NCBI GenBank assembly: GCA_028534125.1
Contig: CM052816.1
Location: 80,540,001 to 80,604,000 of the forward strand
DNA: 64,000 nucleotides
DNA from: Lama glama
Lineage: Eukaryota
Direction: 5' to 3'
Shown: positions 12,406-23,982 of the stretch, in pieces
How positions within the stretch are numbered: the stretch's first letter is position 1
Layout: each line of letters starts with the position of its first letter
Translations under genes and position numbers: made by a program
The notes under the pieces: generated by a model
Databases searched by the model: none
What the model saw: the letters and a program-made list of their open reading frames with translations, nothing else
Told to the model about the DNA's origin: nothing

Positions 12406-13959
12406 AGAATACTTGGGGTTTAGCTAGAAACAGACTTTAGAGAGAATGTCAGTGTGGGGAGCGACCCGGGAGATCTTCTAGCCAGAAGCCTCTCATTTCA
12501 CAGACTGGGAATCTGTGGCTTCAAGGTGGGGAATGATGGAATAAAAAGGATGATGTTTGCAGACACCCCCCAAAGCCAGTCACAACACTCCTCCCTGTCA
12601 CTTTCCTCTACAATAGAAGAGGAAAAACGGAAAGACTCACTAACCTGTATCGCTGAGAGCCTCAATTCTGACCAGAGAGAAAGACGGCAGCCCCTCTGGG
12701 TCAGGCTTCTGGGAAGGGTTTTCATTGCTGCTGACCCAGCTACCCTTGGCCTCCTACCTCTCTGCCTTTCACTCTCCTCCTCTTGCTCTCTGAGGTCCAG
12801 CAGTCATATTGCAACCATGATGAGATGGCTGAGCAGGAAGGTCGGAGAGCCTCTGGACTTCTTGTTATGTGGGAAAAGTGAAGTCCTGCCATTTCAAACA
12901 AGGAAGCAACATTTTTTTGCTACGTGCTGCAAAACTCATTACTGATGACAGCAGCTTATAGTAAACTTGCATTTGCTCTGTGCAGGCCCTTCAGTCAACA
13001 CTTTATATGCCTTTCCCTAATTTTATCTCCACAAGAAAAATCCATGATGGAAATTTACATTTTTGTCCTAATTCTTATGGATATGCAAATAGACTTAGAG
13101 AATTTAAGTTACTTCTTAAACTCTAACTGTACAGTAGAGCCAAGAGTTAGCCCAGAACTTACCACTTAAACAGAGACTGGGATAAGCCCATTACCTTAAG
13201 AATAATGCACTGAATTTTGAATTTTACTTAAGAGGATGCTCTTTTTTCTTTTTAAATAGATGATTTTATGGCCAAGGAGCTCTGGTGGGAGGAGAAGAGC
13301 CCCCAGCTACTCTTTGTGTTATGATGAACAGTAGGTTTACTGAACTTACATATCTTGCCTTTGAAAATCAATTTTTCTAAACATTTAAGCATTATGACAA
13401 AATTATTACATTCCTTAATTTAAGTTGCAATTCCAAATTTAGTGTCCCAGTTCTTAACCATTTTAACTAAAGACAGAATATAAACATATTCATTAAATAG
13501 AAAACATTACTACATTTATCCTATTCTAAAGCATCAGTGAAGTGGTTTAATTCATTTTTTAAAAGTCATTCTCTTCTTGTTTTCAGAACTTCCTGCGGCT
13601 GTAGTAAAATATATTAATTTTAATGCCTTCTTATGTTTAACTGATATGTATTTTGATATAGTTGGAGATCACAATATTACCTTATCAGAAAGTAAAAGAA
13701 GAGCATTTTAGACCAGCCAGGGTTACAGGATTTAGTAATTATTTGACTGATTTTTGGTTGGGTGTTTGGTCAGGACTTTTTATTTGTTTTTGTTTTATTT
13801 TTTCCCCTCAAGCTGATCTGAGCCCAGTCATTAAACTGAGCTTCTTTTTTAAGTTAAATATTACTTGTTAAAACATAAAACATTTTAAGTTACACCTTTT
13901 GCTTAAGGTTTAGTCTTTCTGAAAACCTGGCAAGGAACCTCATACACACATATCACAAA

Positions 13960-14120
13960 TCTCCTCTGTGCGCAAACCTCATCGTCCCACTGAACTTCAC
14001 TTACAAGACACAAGTTCAAATGTAAAATTATGAAGAGTTTTAAGACAGTGACAACAGAGCTTTCACCCAAGTGTGAGGCCCTGGGTGACTCCACGGGGTT
14101 CATATCCATGGAGCCCAGCC
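13960..14120. mobile_element. hAT-Tip100 (MER91-like) fragment
   Basis: cttcacttacaagacacaagttcaaatgtaaaattatgaagagttt ... gaggccct resembles the recalled MER91-type consensus. Confidence 0.35.
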
Positions 14121-16484
14121 CGTAAGTGGATTTTAGAAACTGAAGTTTTTTAAATAGTGAAACTCAAATTGCAATTTACTCACAAAAACATAAAATGCAT
14201 CAGAACTTTCCCTTGACCTGAGAAATAGTTTTTATCTTTCTTAGCAAGTTTTATTTTTCGCTTCTAATGATTACTTCTTAAGATCATTATCCAAAAATGT
14301 TGAGCCACCCTGTTTCAGCAGAATAGAGAATGCAGCCTTTGATTCAATCCGTTCATTCAGTTACCTGCGCTTCCTTTGAGAGGATTAATCAGGCAGTGTG
14401 AGGGAGAGTCAGCCATCGATTAGTTTCAGAGTTTTCACTTAGCTGAACTTAGAGTTTAGCTTCATTTAGAGTTTTCACTTAGCTTAGTAAATCTGTATGG
14501 AGGCTAGAGGGAAAAAAAATCACATGAGCCAGACAAAAGGATGTGTGAGGACAGGTGAGTACACCTGAGACAGTGAAAACACTCAGCTCAGCTCTGTGGG
14601 TGTTAAGGGATCCATGAGGGTGATACCTGGGCAGAGACTCTCTGATGGTCCTGATGACCCTGGAGAACTAAGAGCATCCATTGCTCCTCCTGCCTCCTTC
14701 TGTGGAGCCCTGTGTCCTAGGCCCACCTAGACATACCCAGAGCACCATGGAAGACAGAGGCCAGAGGAAAGGACAGGGAAACAGGTCTTCAGGGTCAGCC
14801 TTATAAACTGCTTCAATAGCCCTGAACCCTCAGTTCACAAAGGATGCTTTCAAGCACAGGGTTCTTTCTGGCCTTGAGCATGACAGTGGTCTCCTAGCAC
14901 CGGGAGTCACGGCAGTGGGTCTGCACGCTGCTGCTGTTGCACGAGAATTATTTACTAGCTGTTCCTAAGGCTCCACAGACCGCTGTCCTCATAGTCAGTA
15001 GGAATCTGTGCTTTTTACTTGTAGTGCCCTTCAGTTAGTTCAGACAGCGGACTGTCTAATCCTGAAAGATTTCAAGATGAGTATCCAGTATCACAGAAGC
15101 AAGATGAAAAGCAGTCTTGAAATTCGGGCCTCTCTTTATGGAGACGTGTCATGATTATCACTGGGGAAGGGAGACCTTTCCAGTTTTCTTATTTAAGGAC
15201 CAAGACATTATTTATAAAAGGAGTACCTGCTTCTTATTTAAAATGCAAGTGTATATAATACAATGAAATAAAAAGGAATTCTTCCCACCATAACTTATTC
15301 CTCAGAGGCAACCAATGTTAACAGCAGGTTTTCATTTGCACATGAACGGAATCATACTTTGCTGATTCTACAGCTTTCTTGAGTCACTGAGGAGAACAGC
15401 ATGACATTTCGGTTTATCTCATTCCTCATAGTAACTGCATAGCCTTCTGTTGTGTAAATACAACTCAGTTGGTCCATTTCTTCCTGGAGAAACAGTTAAT
15501 GGCTACAGTGAACAACCTTGACTTTTGTCACTACGGTCAAGTTCATTTTTATGACTGAGTGGATGATCTCTCAGGATCAAGTTGATCTCTTTGCCACTTG
15601 GTCCAAAAGTTTCTCCCTGACAGCGTTGATCACTGCCATGTCTGTTAATTAATAAACGTGGGTTAAGAGGCTTTTCTGGAGGTAACAGTCTGCTGGTATT
15701 CATTGGAAATGGTAATAACAACCACGTTTAAACAATTGCTCTATGCCAGTTACCTTACTGGAGGTTTCAGTGTGTTACCCTCTGAAAACCCCTTGTGTGC
15801 AGACTGAAGACCAGAATGCCTTGGGCAAGATGTAGGAGTCAGGGCTGGGATTTGAATCCCTATGAATCTAACTCCAAAGTTCATGTGGAGAGTCCTCCAG
15901 GCTGTGCTTATCCCTGCCCCTCCCGTGCCTTTCAGTCCTCCCCGGCCAGGGACAGGATCCCTCCTTCGCACACTGTGCTGGCCGACAGCAGCTGATCAAA
16001 GCATGGATGACTGGGGTGCCCCTGAGGACACTGTGGTTTGGCCGAGGAGCTTGTAAAATCCATAGTCTCGGAAGCATAGAGCTGTGAGGACCTCCGTAGT
16101 CGTCGTATGGGGGGGATGGCTTTGAACCAGGTGCATGGTCATGGAAAAGAAAAGTCATGGAACCACCTGCTGACCTAGCCAGATCTAGAATTCTTTCTGC
16201 TAAACTGACAAGACAGCAGTTGTTTAGAAAATAGCAAAACAGAGCATGAAATCAGTGCAGAGTTGATAGAAATGACATAATCGGAAGGAGAAGAGCCTAT
16301 TTCAGGAAAGATTTGTATATGCCTGGGAAAGAGACCCGAGCCAGCATGACAAAACACGTGTCTTTCAACTGCTACAAAAGAAGGTTGGACTGATAGATGC
16401 ATGGCTTATCGGGGCAACTGAAGGGGATTTTTAAAATTTATGAGTTCATGACTAAGAGGTGAAAACAACCATAACAAATGTCAT

Positions 16485-16645
16485 CTGTCAAGCACTTACT
16501 GTATACCTGGTATCACGCTGAGTGCTTAACATACGTTCTCTGTCTTAATCCTCACAATTACCCTGCAGGGTAGGTATGATTATCCCCATTTTTCAGATGA
16601 GAAAACTGAGTCACAGAAAAGTTAAGGAACTTTCTCAAAGTAATA
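16485..16645. mobile_element. MIR SINE
   Basis: taatcctcacaattaccctgcagggtaggtatgattatccccatttttcagatgagaaaactgagtcacagaaaagttaagg is a clear MIR core. Confidence 0.8.
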
Positions 16646-16889
16646 TTAGACCCTCATGAGCTAGAACTTTTCTATCTGCTCTCTGTAGAAGTTGATGGAT
16701 CCAGAGGCTGATAATTCTCACTGTATTTCAGTTCCATGAGAGAAATACTAAAATGGAGTCCAGTTGGCATTCTACCAAGTTTGCTTCTCAGAGATGATCC
16801 ATGAATAAATGCATTGCCTAATAATGTAAAGGTGGTAACTTAAACGATTTCATCAAAGACATTGTTAAAGAAAATTCTGTGCCTTTATG

Positions 16890-17110
16890 TTACGGGTTAA
16901 TGGTGTGAACTCTGAGCTAAACCTGGGTTTTGCTCTGCCACTCAGCCTGCGAGTTCTTGGGAAACAGTCTCTCTGTGCCTAAATTTTCTCTATTAAATGG
17001 GGCTAATAGAAGGACTAACATCATAGTGTAGTTGTGATTGTTAAGATGAGATAAGATAACCACTGCAGAGCACACAAAGATCTGGGAAGTAATGCTCGAG
17101 TAATATGTTG
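16890..17110. mobile_element. MIR SINE, opposite orientation to the 16485 copy
   Basis: ctgggttttgctctgccactcagcctgcgagttcttgggaaacagtctctctgtgcctaaattttctctattaaatgggg. Confidence 0.65.
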
Positions 17111-19029
17111 CCTGTTGTTTTAACAAGCAAAATTCCCTTTAACTCACTAAATAAACAAGACTAGCAAAAGTCTCTGGATGGCTTTATCCTACAAGGAGTG
17201 AGTCAAACAGCACAAGCCCAGAGGGAGTAAAACTAAGGCAAACATTGGGACTTCGCCAATCTGGAATTCAAAGCAGCGCTTGCCTTTGGGTGGGGGTTTA
17301 CTTGCTGTGAGGAGCCATTTATACAACCGAGAGAGACGCCCTCAGTTTTGCACTCTAGGTACCTCTAGTCCCAACCCTCCCCAGCAGGCTGGAACAGATA
17401 ATTCCTTTAGAAACAGAATTATTCAGGGCTGCTTTCTCTTTGTACTTTATGTGTCTAAATACAAAATCTCAAGTCTAAATTCTAAAGCGCAAATCAAAGT
17501 CTTATTTAAAAGCATTTCCCCCGCCTCCATCCTTCTGCTTAACAGCCCAATGTTTCAGAAAATGATTCCCTGGACTCAGCACACCTGGCTGGATGTTCGC
17601 ATCTCTCGGAGAGCAGAATTGCTCCCAGGTGGCTCCCTCGAAATACTTCTATTCCAGTTCAGGCAGTGAGAGAGCTAACCTTGCGGCCAGGAATGAAGAT
17701 TTACAATAATCCCGAGTCATGCCTTGGCCCCAGAGTCTCCTGGCTGTTTTCCATCGGCACTTGGTGCAGTAATCTCTCCAACTCATTTTGACTTTGTTCA
17801 TTTTCTCAGACAGCTTACCCACTGCACTTTATATAAGATCAGTTGGTACCTTGATTTGCTCTTACCTGTTTCCTTTGCTCTTTGAAGAGATGCTTTTGAA
17901 ACTCTGTCAAGTTCCACCAGGGTTTCAGTGTGTGAGCTTCTGCTCTCAGTTGTACTTGTGGAAGTTGTACACTTTTATTTCTTTCCCACGTGGGTCACTG
18001 CATCCTTGAGCAGCCGTGCCTTGAGTTGGGCATGTGGCCTGCATTTGGTGTCCATCCACACTGAGGTGGGTCCATGGCAAATGGCCCTGTGGCTGGTGTC
18101 ATTGAGCCTCCAGCTGGTCACACCACCAAGAAAACTTATAGCCCTTCCCCCAATAAACAGATCCAAAAGAGATCCCAAAAGAACCTTTCTGAGGAGGACA
18201 TTCTGAAGTTTTTCACTTAAAGAAAACAAGACGGAACATTCCAAAGAAAATGACTAGTCGAATGCTTATCAGATACATGCATCACCCATTCAAATTTTTA
18301 AGGGAATTTATGTCTTAAAAGTTCTCTCTTTCTGGTTATTCCAAGTACCTATGTATAGAAATGCACTGAATTAAGTAAACCTTCAGAAAAAGCAACTCTG
18401 TGCGGGAGATCACCCTGTCTTCATTCACAAGGGAACAGAAAATTGAACCTTAGAATGGATTCAATGCAGGACGCAGCTTGATGGGGTGGGCCACTATGAT
18501 AAATAGGCAGGTTGGCTTCTGCTTTGGCAAAAAAACAGATCTTTTGTTTCCATGTGGTTATAAATCTGTGTCTAAGGACTTGGACTTGAGGAGAATAAGA
18601 GAGACTGTTTGTTGGGAGTGGGCTTATGACTGTGGCAGTGGTGTTAGTGGTCCCCCCGGAGTCGGCTTACTTTGCTGCAGACAATGCGCAGGCATCAAGC
18701 TTGTCCTGCATCACTGGTTGCTGTTACCAGTTTTCTAGGTTAACCCCAGATGCTCAGTGCTTTATTTTCACAAGCACAGTTCAACATTGGATTGAAAGGT
18801 CTCATCATTTATAACAAAAGGCCTACTATTTTAAAGCAATCTTCCCAATTAAATTTGTTACAAAGCTCTGTAGAAGACAAAAGCCTACATTCCATCATGT
18901 GTCACGGAAGGGTAAAAGATGGGGCTCTCCAGATTAACGACACTTGGGAGGTCATACGTATGAAATCCTGGGGGGAGGGTTCTGAGCTCAAAAGCTGACT
19001 TGCAAGGATTTGTCTGTTTTTCACTTCAG

Positions 19030-19163
19030 CACATCCCTGTGAGCTGTACTGCCGACCCATAGATGGCCATTTTTCCGAGAAAATGCTGGATGCTGTCACT
19101 GATGGTACCCCTTGCTTTGAAGGTGGCAACAGCAGAAATGTCTGTATTAATGGCATATGTAAG
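19030..19163 (+). CDS. ADAMTS12: ADAMTS12 internal exon, Cys-rich domain
   Basis: Acceptor tttttcacttcAG, donor AAG|GTATTG; 134 nt, phase 1-0. Encodes (A)[44 protein letters not shown]. Translated by hand. Confidence 0.96.
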
Positions 19164-19919
19164 GTATTGGGTATGTTTCCTTAATCTATGACTTTACAAA
19201 ATCATAATTTTTATTAATTCAGGAAGTCAGACATTCTAACCTTTTGCTTCCTCGGCATTTGCATGTGGTTTTTTCGTGTGGCCTGTGAGACAAGATTTCT
19301 CAGCACTCATCAGAGTGACAGGGAACTGACTAGTTTTCCTCCACCGTCATCTTCATTTCCTGTCTGTTCATGTGCTCTGGGGTAGTATTTTAGGCTTGGA
19401 GCTGGGTCCGTTTGAAGAAGAACCAAATTAAAGGAGGAATTATTAGAAAAAGGCAACTCGAATTATCTCAGTGGTATTAAGTTATTCATTGGTTACTTGT
19501 CAACAGAGGAATTAAATTTGAGGAAAAACTGAAATTAATAATTGTATAGTGTTTTTCACAAAGAATTTTCACATTCAATTCTTCGTGGGTCACCAACATG
19601 ATCTTACGAAGAGTGAGATGGCATGACCAGTGGGTATACCACAGGTCTTCTGATTTCCAGGTAGTATTTCCACATGGACTCTCTGAAGAAACTCTGCCTT
19701 TACATAAATTACTTAGATTTGATTTTTTTAAAAAGCTTTTTATGTGTGCAGTCATTGAAGAATTTCTCACCATTGCTCAGTCCATTTTGCAAGAAACAGG
19801 TGAACAAGTTCTGTGATCCAACATTCGGGCATAAATCTCAGTTTAAAGAGGTGTTTTTAATCAATGAAAGAAAAACCATAAAAATATTCAGTTAACTATT
19901 ACTAAAGCGCAATGGTTTA

Positions 19920-20120
19920 TGCTCAGGCTGTAGAATATGAACCCAGTACCACTGTTTGGTACTTATATAACCCCATACATCTTTCTAAAACTCAATTTCC
20001 TTTCGTAAAATTGAAGTATTAACAGATTTTCTTAGTCGGAGTTGTCAGAAAATGTCCTATGTGTTAAGCCCTTAACAGAGCGCCTGACACACAATAAATT
20101 CTCAACATATTTTATTTGTT
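19920..20120. mobile_element. MIR SINE
   Basis: ctcaatttcctttcgtaaaattgaag ... cttaacagagcgcctgacacacaataaattctcaa. Confidence 0.55.
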
Positions 20121-20496
20121 ATTACAAACAATTATCATAATTGTTTTTCCATTGGACCAACTTGATGCCATGAAAAGCTCCTGCCCAGAAATGTTTAGCA
20201 CCCTGGGAAGGTGAGTTTATCACCTTGCAGTTGCCTGTGGACTTAATCCAGCCGTGACCAAAGCACAGGAGGCAACATGGTGATTTCCAGGACTGAGGAC
20301 ATTAACAGCAAGCCTGAATCAGACTCTAAATTGGAACTGAACTAGAGCTCAGGCAGAATTCTCTCTCTAACACACTAATTACCATTATAGCTACAGAGAG
20401 CCAAAAATAGCATATTTTTAGGTTAGATCTATTCCCTAGAGAGGGAAAAAGTTTGTTTAGCTAATTTAGGCCAAAACAGCCCCTCACCATCTAAGG

Positions 20497-20670
20497 CAGT
20501 GGTTCTCAGGCCTGGCTGCCTATTAGAATTAGCTGGAGAGCGTTTAAAAACTGATGGTGGCTCTGTCTCCAACCTGTTAATTCAGAATTGCTGGGATCTG
20601 GGGCCTGGGCATTGATATTTTAAAAACTCCCCAGGTGATTGCTGTATGCTGTTAGGGCTGAGAACTTCAG
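20497..20670. mobile_element. MER5-type hAT-Charlie MITE
   Basis: Ends CAGTGGTTCTCA ... TGAGAACTTCAG; interior tattttaaaaactccccaggtgatt; about 175 bp. Confidence 0.75.
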
Positions 20671-20898
20671 TCATCAAGAAATGAATGTGATGCTAAAATT
20701 ATCTTTTAGACCTAAATGCCTTTGCATGCATAGAGACAGTATCTTTAGCTTGTGATGAAAAAAACAGGTGTTTTGAACAAAACATAGGTGGTCTTGGGTA
20801 TCTCTTGAAACCAATTAAATCAGCTTAACAGGATAAGCCATATTCTCTCAGCTGGGCTTCCTCTTTCTGGAAACCAGTTAATACCTTTTAGAAGCTTT

Positions 20899-21182
20899 TA
20901 TATATATATGTATTTTTTTTTATTGAAGTATAGTCAGTTTGCAGTGTTGTGTCAGTTTCTGGTGTACAGTATAATGCTTCAGTCATACATGAACATACAT
21001 ATATTCATTTTCATATTCTTTTTCACTGTAAGTTACTATAAGATACTGAATATAGTTCCCTGTGCTATACAGTATGAACTTGTTTATCTATTTTATATAT
21101 ATTAGTCAATATTTGCAAATCTCAAACTCCCAATTTATCCCTTCCCATTCTCTTCTCCCTCTTCCCCCCAACAGTAAGTTTG
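20899..21182 (-). mobile_element. Young 5'-truncated L1 3' end (lineage-specific)
   Basis: Poly(T) followed by attgaagtatagtcagtt...; flanked by a perfect 10-bp TSD TAGAAGCTTT (20889-20898 and 21183-21192). Confidence 0.85.
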
Positions 21183-22422
21183 TAGAAGCTTTAGTTACTC
21201 ACTTTCTGCGTATACCACTCTGAGCTAAGTTTTTAAGCTGAAAAAATTGTGTCAAATGAAATTTACCTTAATAGCCTAAATATAATTTATCTTTTGAAGA
21301 TCCAGGTTGTAGATATGTTCAGCTTTTGTTAGTATTATTCATTTACCACAGTTTTTTCAAGGGGAATTGAACATGTGTTGAAATAAAAAGTTACACCACT
21401 GGAAAAGAATATATATGGTGTCTAATTCATCTTCTTTGTGGATATGAAAATATTTGCTGATATCCCTATAAATAGTCATTATATTTGCTTATACTCATAT
21501 TTAGCTATTTTGAAATTATGATATTTGCCAGTATGTTGGCGTGTTAGATTTGCAGATTCTGTTGTCAAGAGAATTATCAAATTTTGACTAGAACTGAAAT
21601 TGCTATAGGACGTAACTGTGCCCCTCCCCCTCCCATTTTTTAAACTCATACTGCACTCCTAAGCTTATTTATCACAGATATAAATGGAAACAATGACTTT
21701 TCAGGATATCACCTATTTTTAATCATAAGTGTGACATGGAATAAGCTTTTAAATATATGAGCAGATATTCCCACTCCTCTTCCAACTTTCCCAGCTCTGC
21801 AGTCTTACCGACTGTCTCAAGACAGCTGGCTAACCTTCCAGCTCTCTCACCCCTTTCTTTGGTAATCAGTTCTTTGGCTGTCAGTTCCTTCACGCTTCCC
21901 CGTCCTGCCAGTCAGCAGAGCTTTGGCATCATTTCCTTCCCAAACAGCTTAGCTGCCCTAATCCATCACATCAGCTGTTCCTAGACTTCTTCTCTAGGCC
22001 GTCCATCAACCTCTGACCCCAGGACCCTGATTCTGATCGACCTAACACAATGATTTTTTGCTCTTATGATCAGTCTACTGACATTTCTTAAAATGGCTGG
22101 GACTGAATCTCATCTTGGAGCCAGGCATTCTTCCAGTCTCTACCTTTGCCAAGGGACCACGGAAGGGAATGAGTACTTTCTTGGTGCATTAGGTCATGGC
22201 GCCAGTTGGTATTTTAGTCCTTGGTCACTTGAGAAATTATAGAATAAAACAGTAAAACGATGTTAACTCATAGGGGAAAGATGAGAATCGGTAAGAATAC
22301 ATATTACTTACTCACTCATGTAGGGCTGAAAACCTAGTGAATGACTGGGATCTGATTTCTCTAAAGAGTGTTCAAGATAGGATGCTCTTCAGTCCAAAAG
22401 ACAGGGTCAAGAATTGATGATG

Positions 22423-23982
22423 CACTTTTGCACAAGAAAAGAAATAGTCATCAGAATAAAGAGTCAACCTACAGAGTGGGAGAAAATGTTTGCAAACCAT
22501 ATATATGATAGGAGTTATTATCTAAAATGTATGAGAAACTCCCACAGATCAATAGCAGAAAAACAAATAACCTGATTTAAAAATGAGTGAAAGACTTGAA
22601 TAGACATTTCTCCAAAAAAGACATACAAATAGCCAACAGGTATATGAAAAAGTGTTCAACATCATTAAATGTCAAAGAAATACAAACAAAAACTCTTGAG
22701 ATATCACCTCACACGTGTTATAATGGCTATTAAAAAACAAAAGGTAACAAGTATTGGTGTGAACATGGAGAAACAGGAACCCTTGTGCACTCTTGGTGGG
22801 AATGTACAATGGTGCAACCACTATAGAAAACAATATGAAAGTTCCTCAAAAAATTAAAAATACTTACTTTTTAATTAAATTAAAATTTAATTTTTACCAT
22901 ATGACCCAGCAATCCCACTTCTGGGTATATATCCAAAAGGACTGAAATTAGGATCTTAAAGAGATACCTGTATTTCCATGTTTATTATAGCATTATTTAC
23001 AATACCCAAGATATGGAAACAACCCAAATGCTTATCAACAGATGAACAGATAAAAAAAATACCATATGATATTACTCATATGTGGAATCTAAAAAAAAAA
23101 AAGGGTTCGGGGACACTAATGAATTCATCTACAAAAAAACAGAAACAGACTCACAAGACTCGCAGACATAGTAAAAAATCTTACGTTTACTGGGGGAAAG
23201 GGAGTGGGAAGGGATAAATTTGGGAATTTGAGATTTGCAAATTGTTAACCACTATATATGAAAATAGATTAAAAAAAACAAATTTCTTCTGTATAGCACA
23301 GGGAACTATATTCAATATCTTATAATAACCACGAATGAAAAAGAGTGTGAAAATAAATATATGTGTATATATGCATGACTGGGACATTATGCTGTACACC
23401 AGAAATTGGCACACTGTAACTGACTATACTTCAGTTAAAAAAAAGAAAAGAAAAGAAAAGAAAATGTGGCATATACACTTCTTTTAGAAAAGAAGAAAAT
23501 CCTACCATTTGGACAACATGGATGAGCCTGGAGGACGTTGTTAGGTGAAGCAAGCCAGTCACGGGATGACAAATGCTACATGAATCCACTTATATGAAGC
23601 CCTGAACTGGTGAGATTCATAGAGGCAGGGAAGAGGACGGTGGTTGCCAAGGTCTGTAGGGAGGGACCAATGAACCGTCGCTGTTCAATGGGTAGAAAGT
23701 CTCAGTTATGTAAGATGAGTAAGTCCTAGAGATGCTGTTGTTAACAGTACTGGATTGTGCACTTCAGTTTTGTGAAGAGGGTAGATCTCATGTTAAGTGT
23801 TCTTACCACACACAAAATGAAGGGACACAAGGGAACTCTTGGAGCTGACGATATGTCTGTTACCGGGATTGTGGCGCTGGTTTCACAGGTGTTCGTAGGC
23901 GTCCAGACTCATCAAACTGTAAAACTGAATGTGCAGCATTTTACATATTAGCTATACCCCTAAGAAGGCTGGTTTTTAAAGA
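22423..23982 (+). mobile_element. Older L1 (L1MA/L1MB-type) ORF2 end and 3' UTR, interrupted by a younger L1
   Basis: ORF2 C-terminal remnants (LRYHLT; MFIIALFTIPKIWKQPKC). Degenerate TSD AAGAATTGATGATG (22409-22422) / AAGAACTAATGATG (23983-23996). Confidence 0.85.
23061..23462 (+). mobile_element. Young L1 3' end nested in the older L1
   Basis: Same tail family as 20899-21182 in the opposite orientation; ends in A-run and (AAAAG)n. The host L1 resumes at aaaatgtggcatatacac. Confidence 0.8.

Noticed and set aside
12454..12945. 163-aa plus-strand ORF
   Set aside because: GTG start, no recognisable domain or splice context; likely random.
20908..23414. Two similar short peptides (CQFLVYSIM...YYKILNIVPCAIQ) suggesting a small gene family
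   Set aside because: Both are antisense translations of L1 3' UTR copies.
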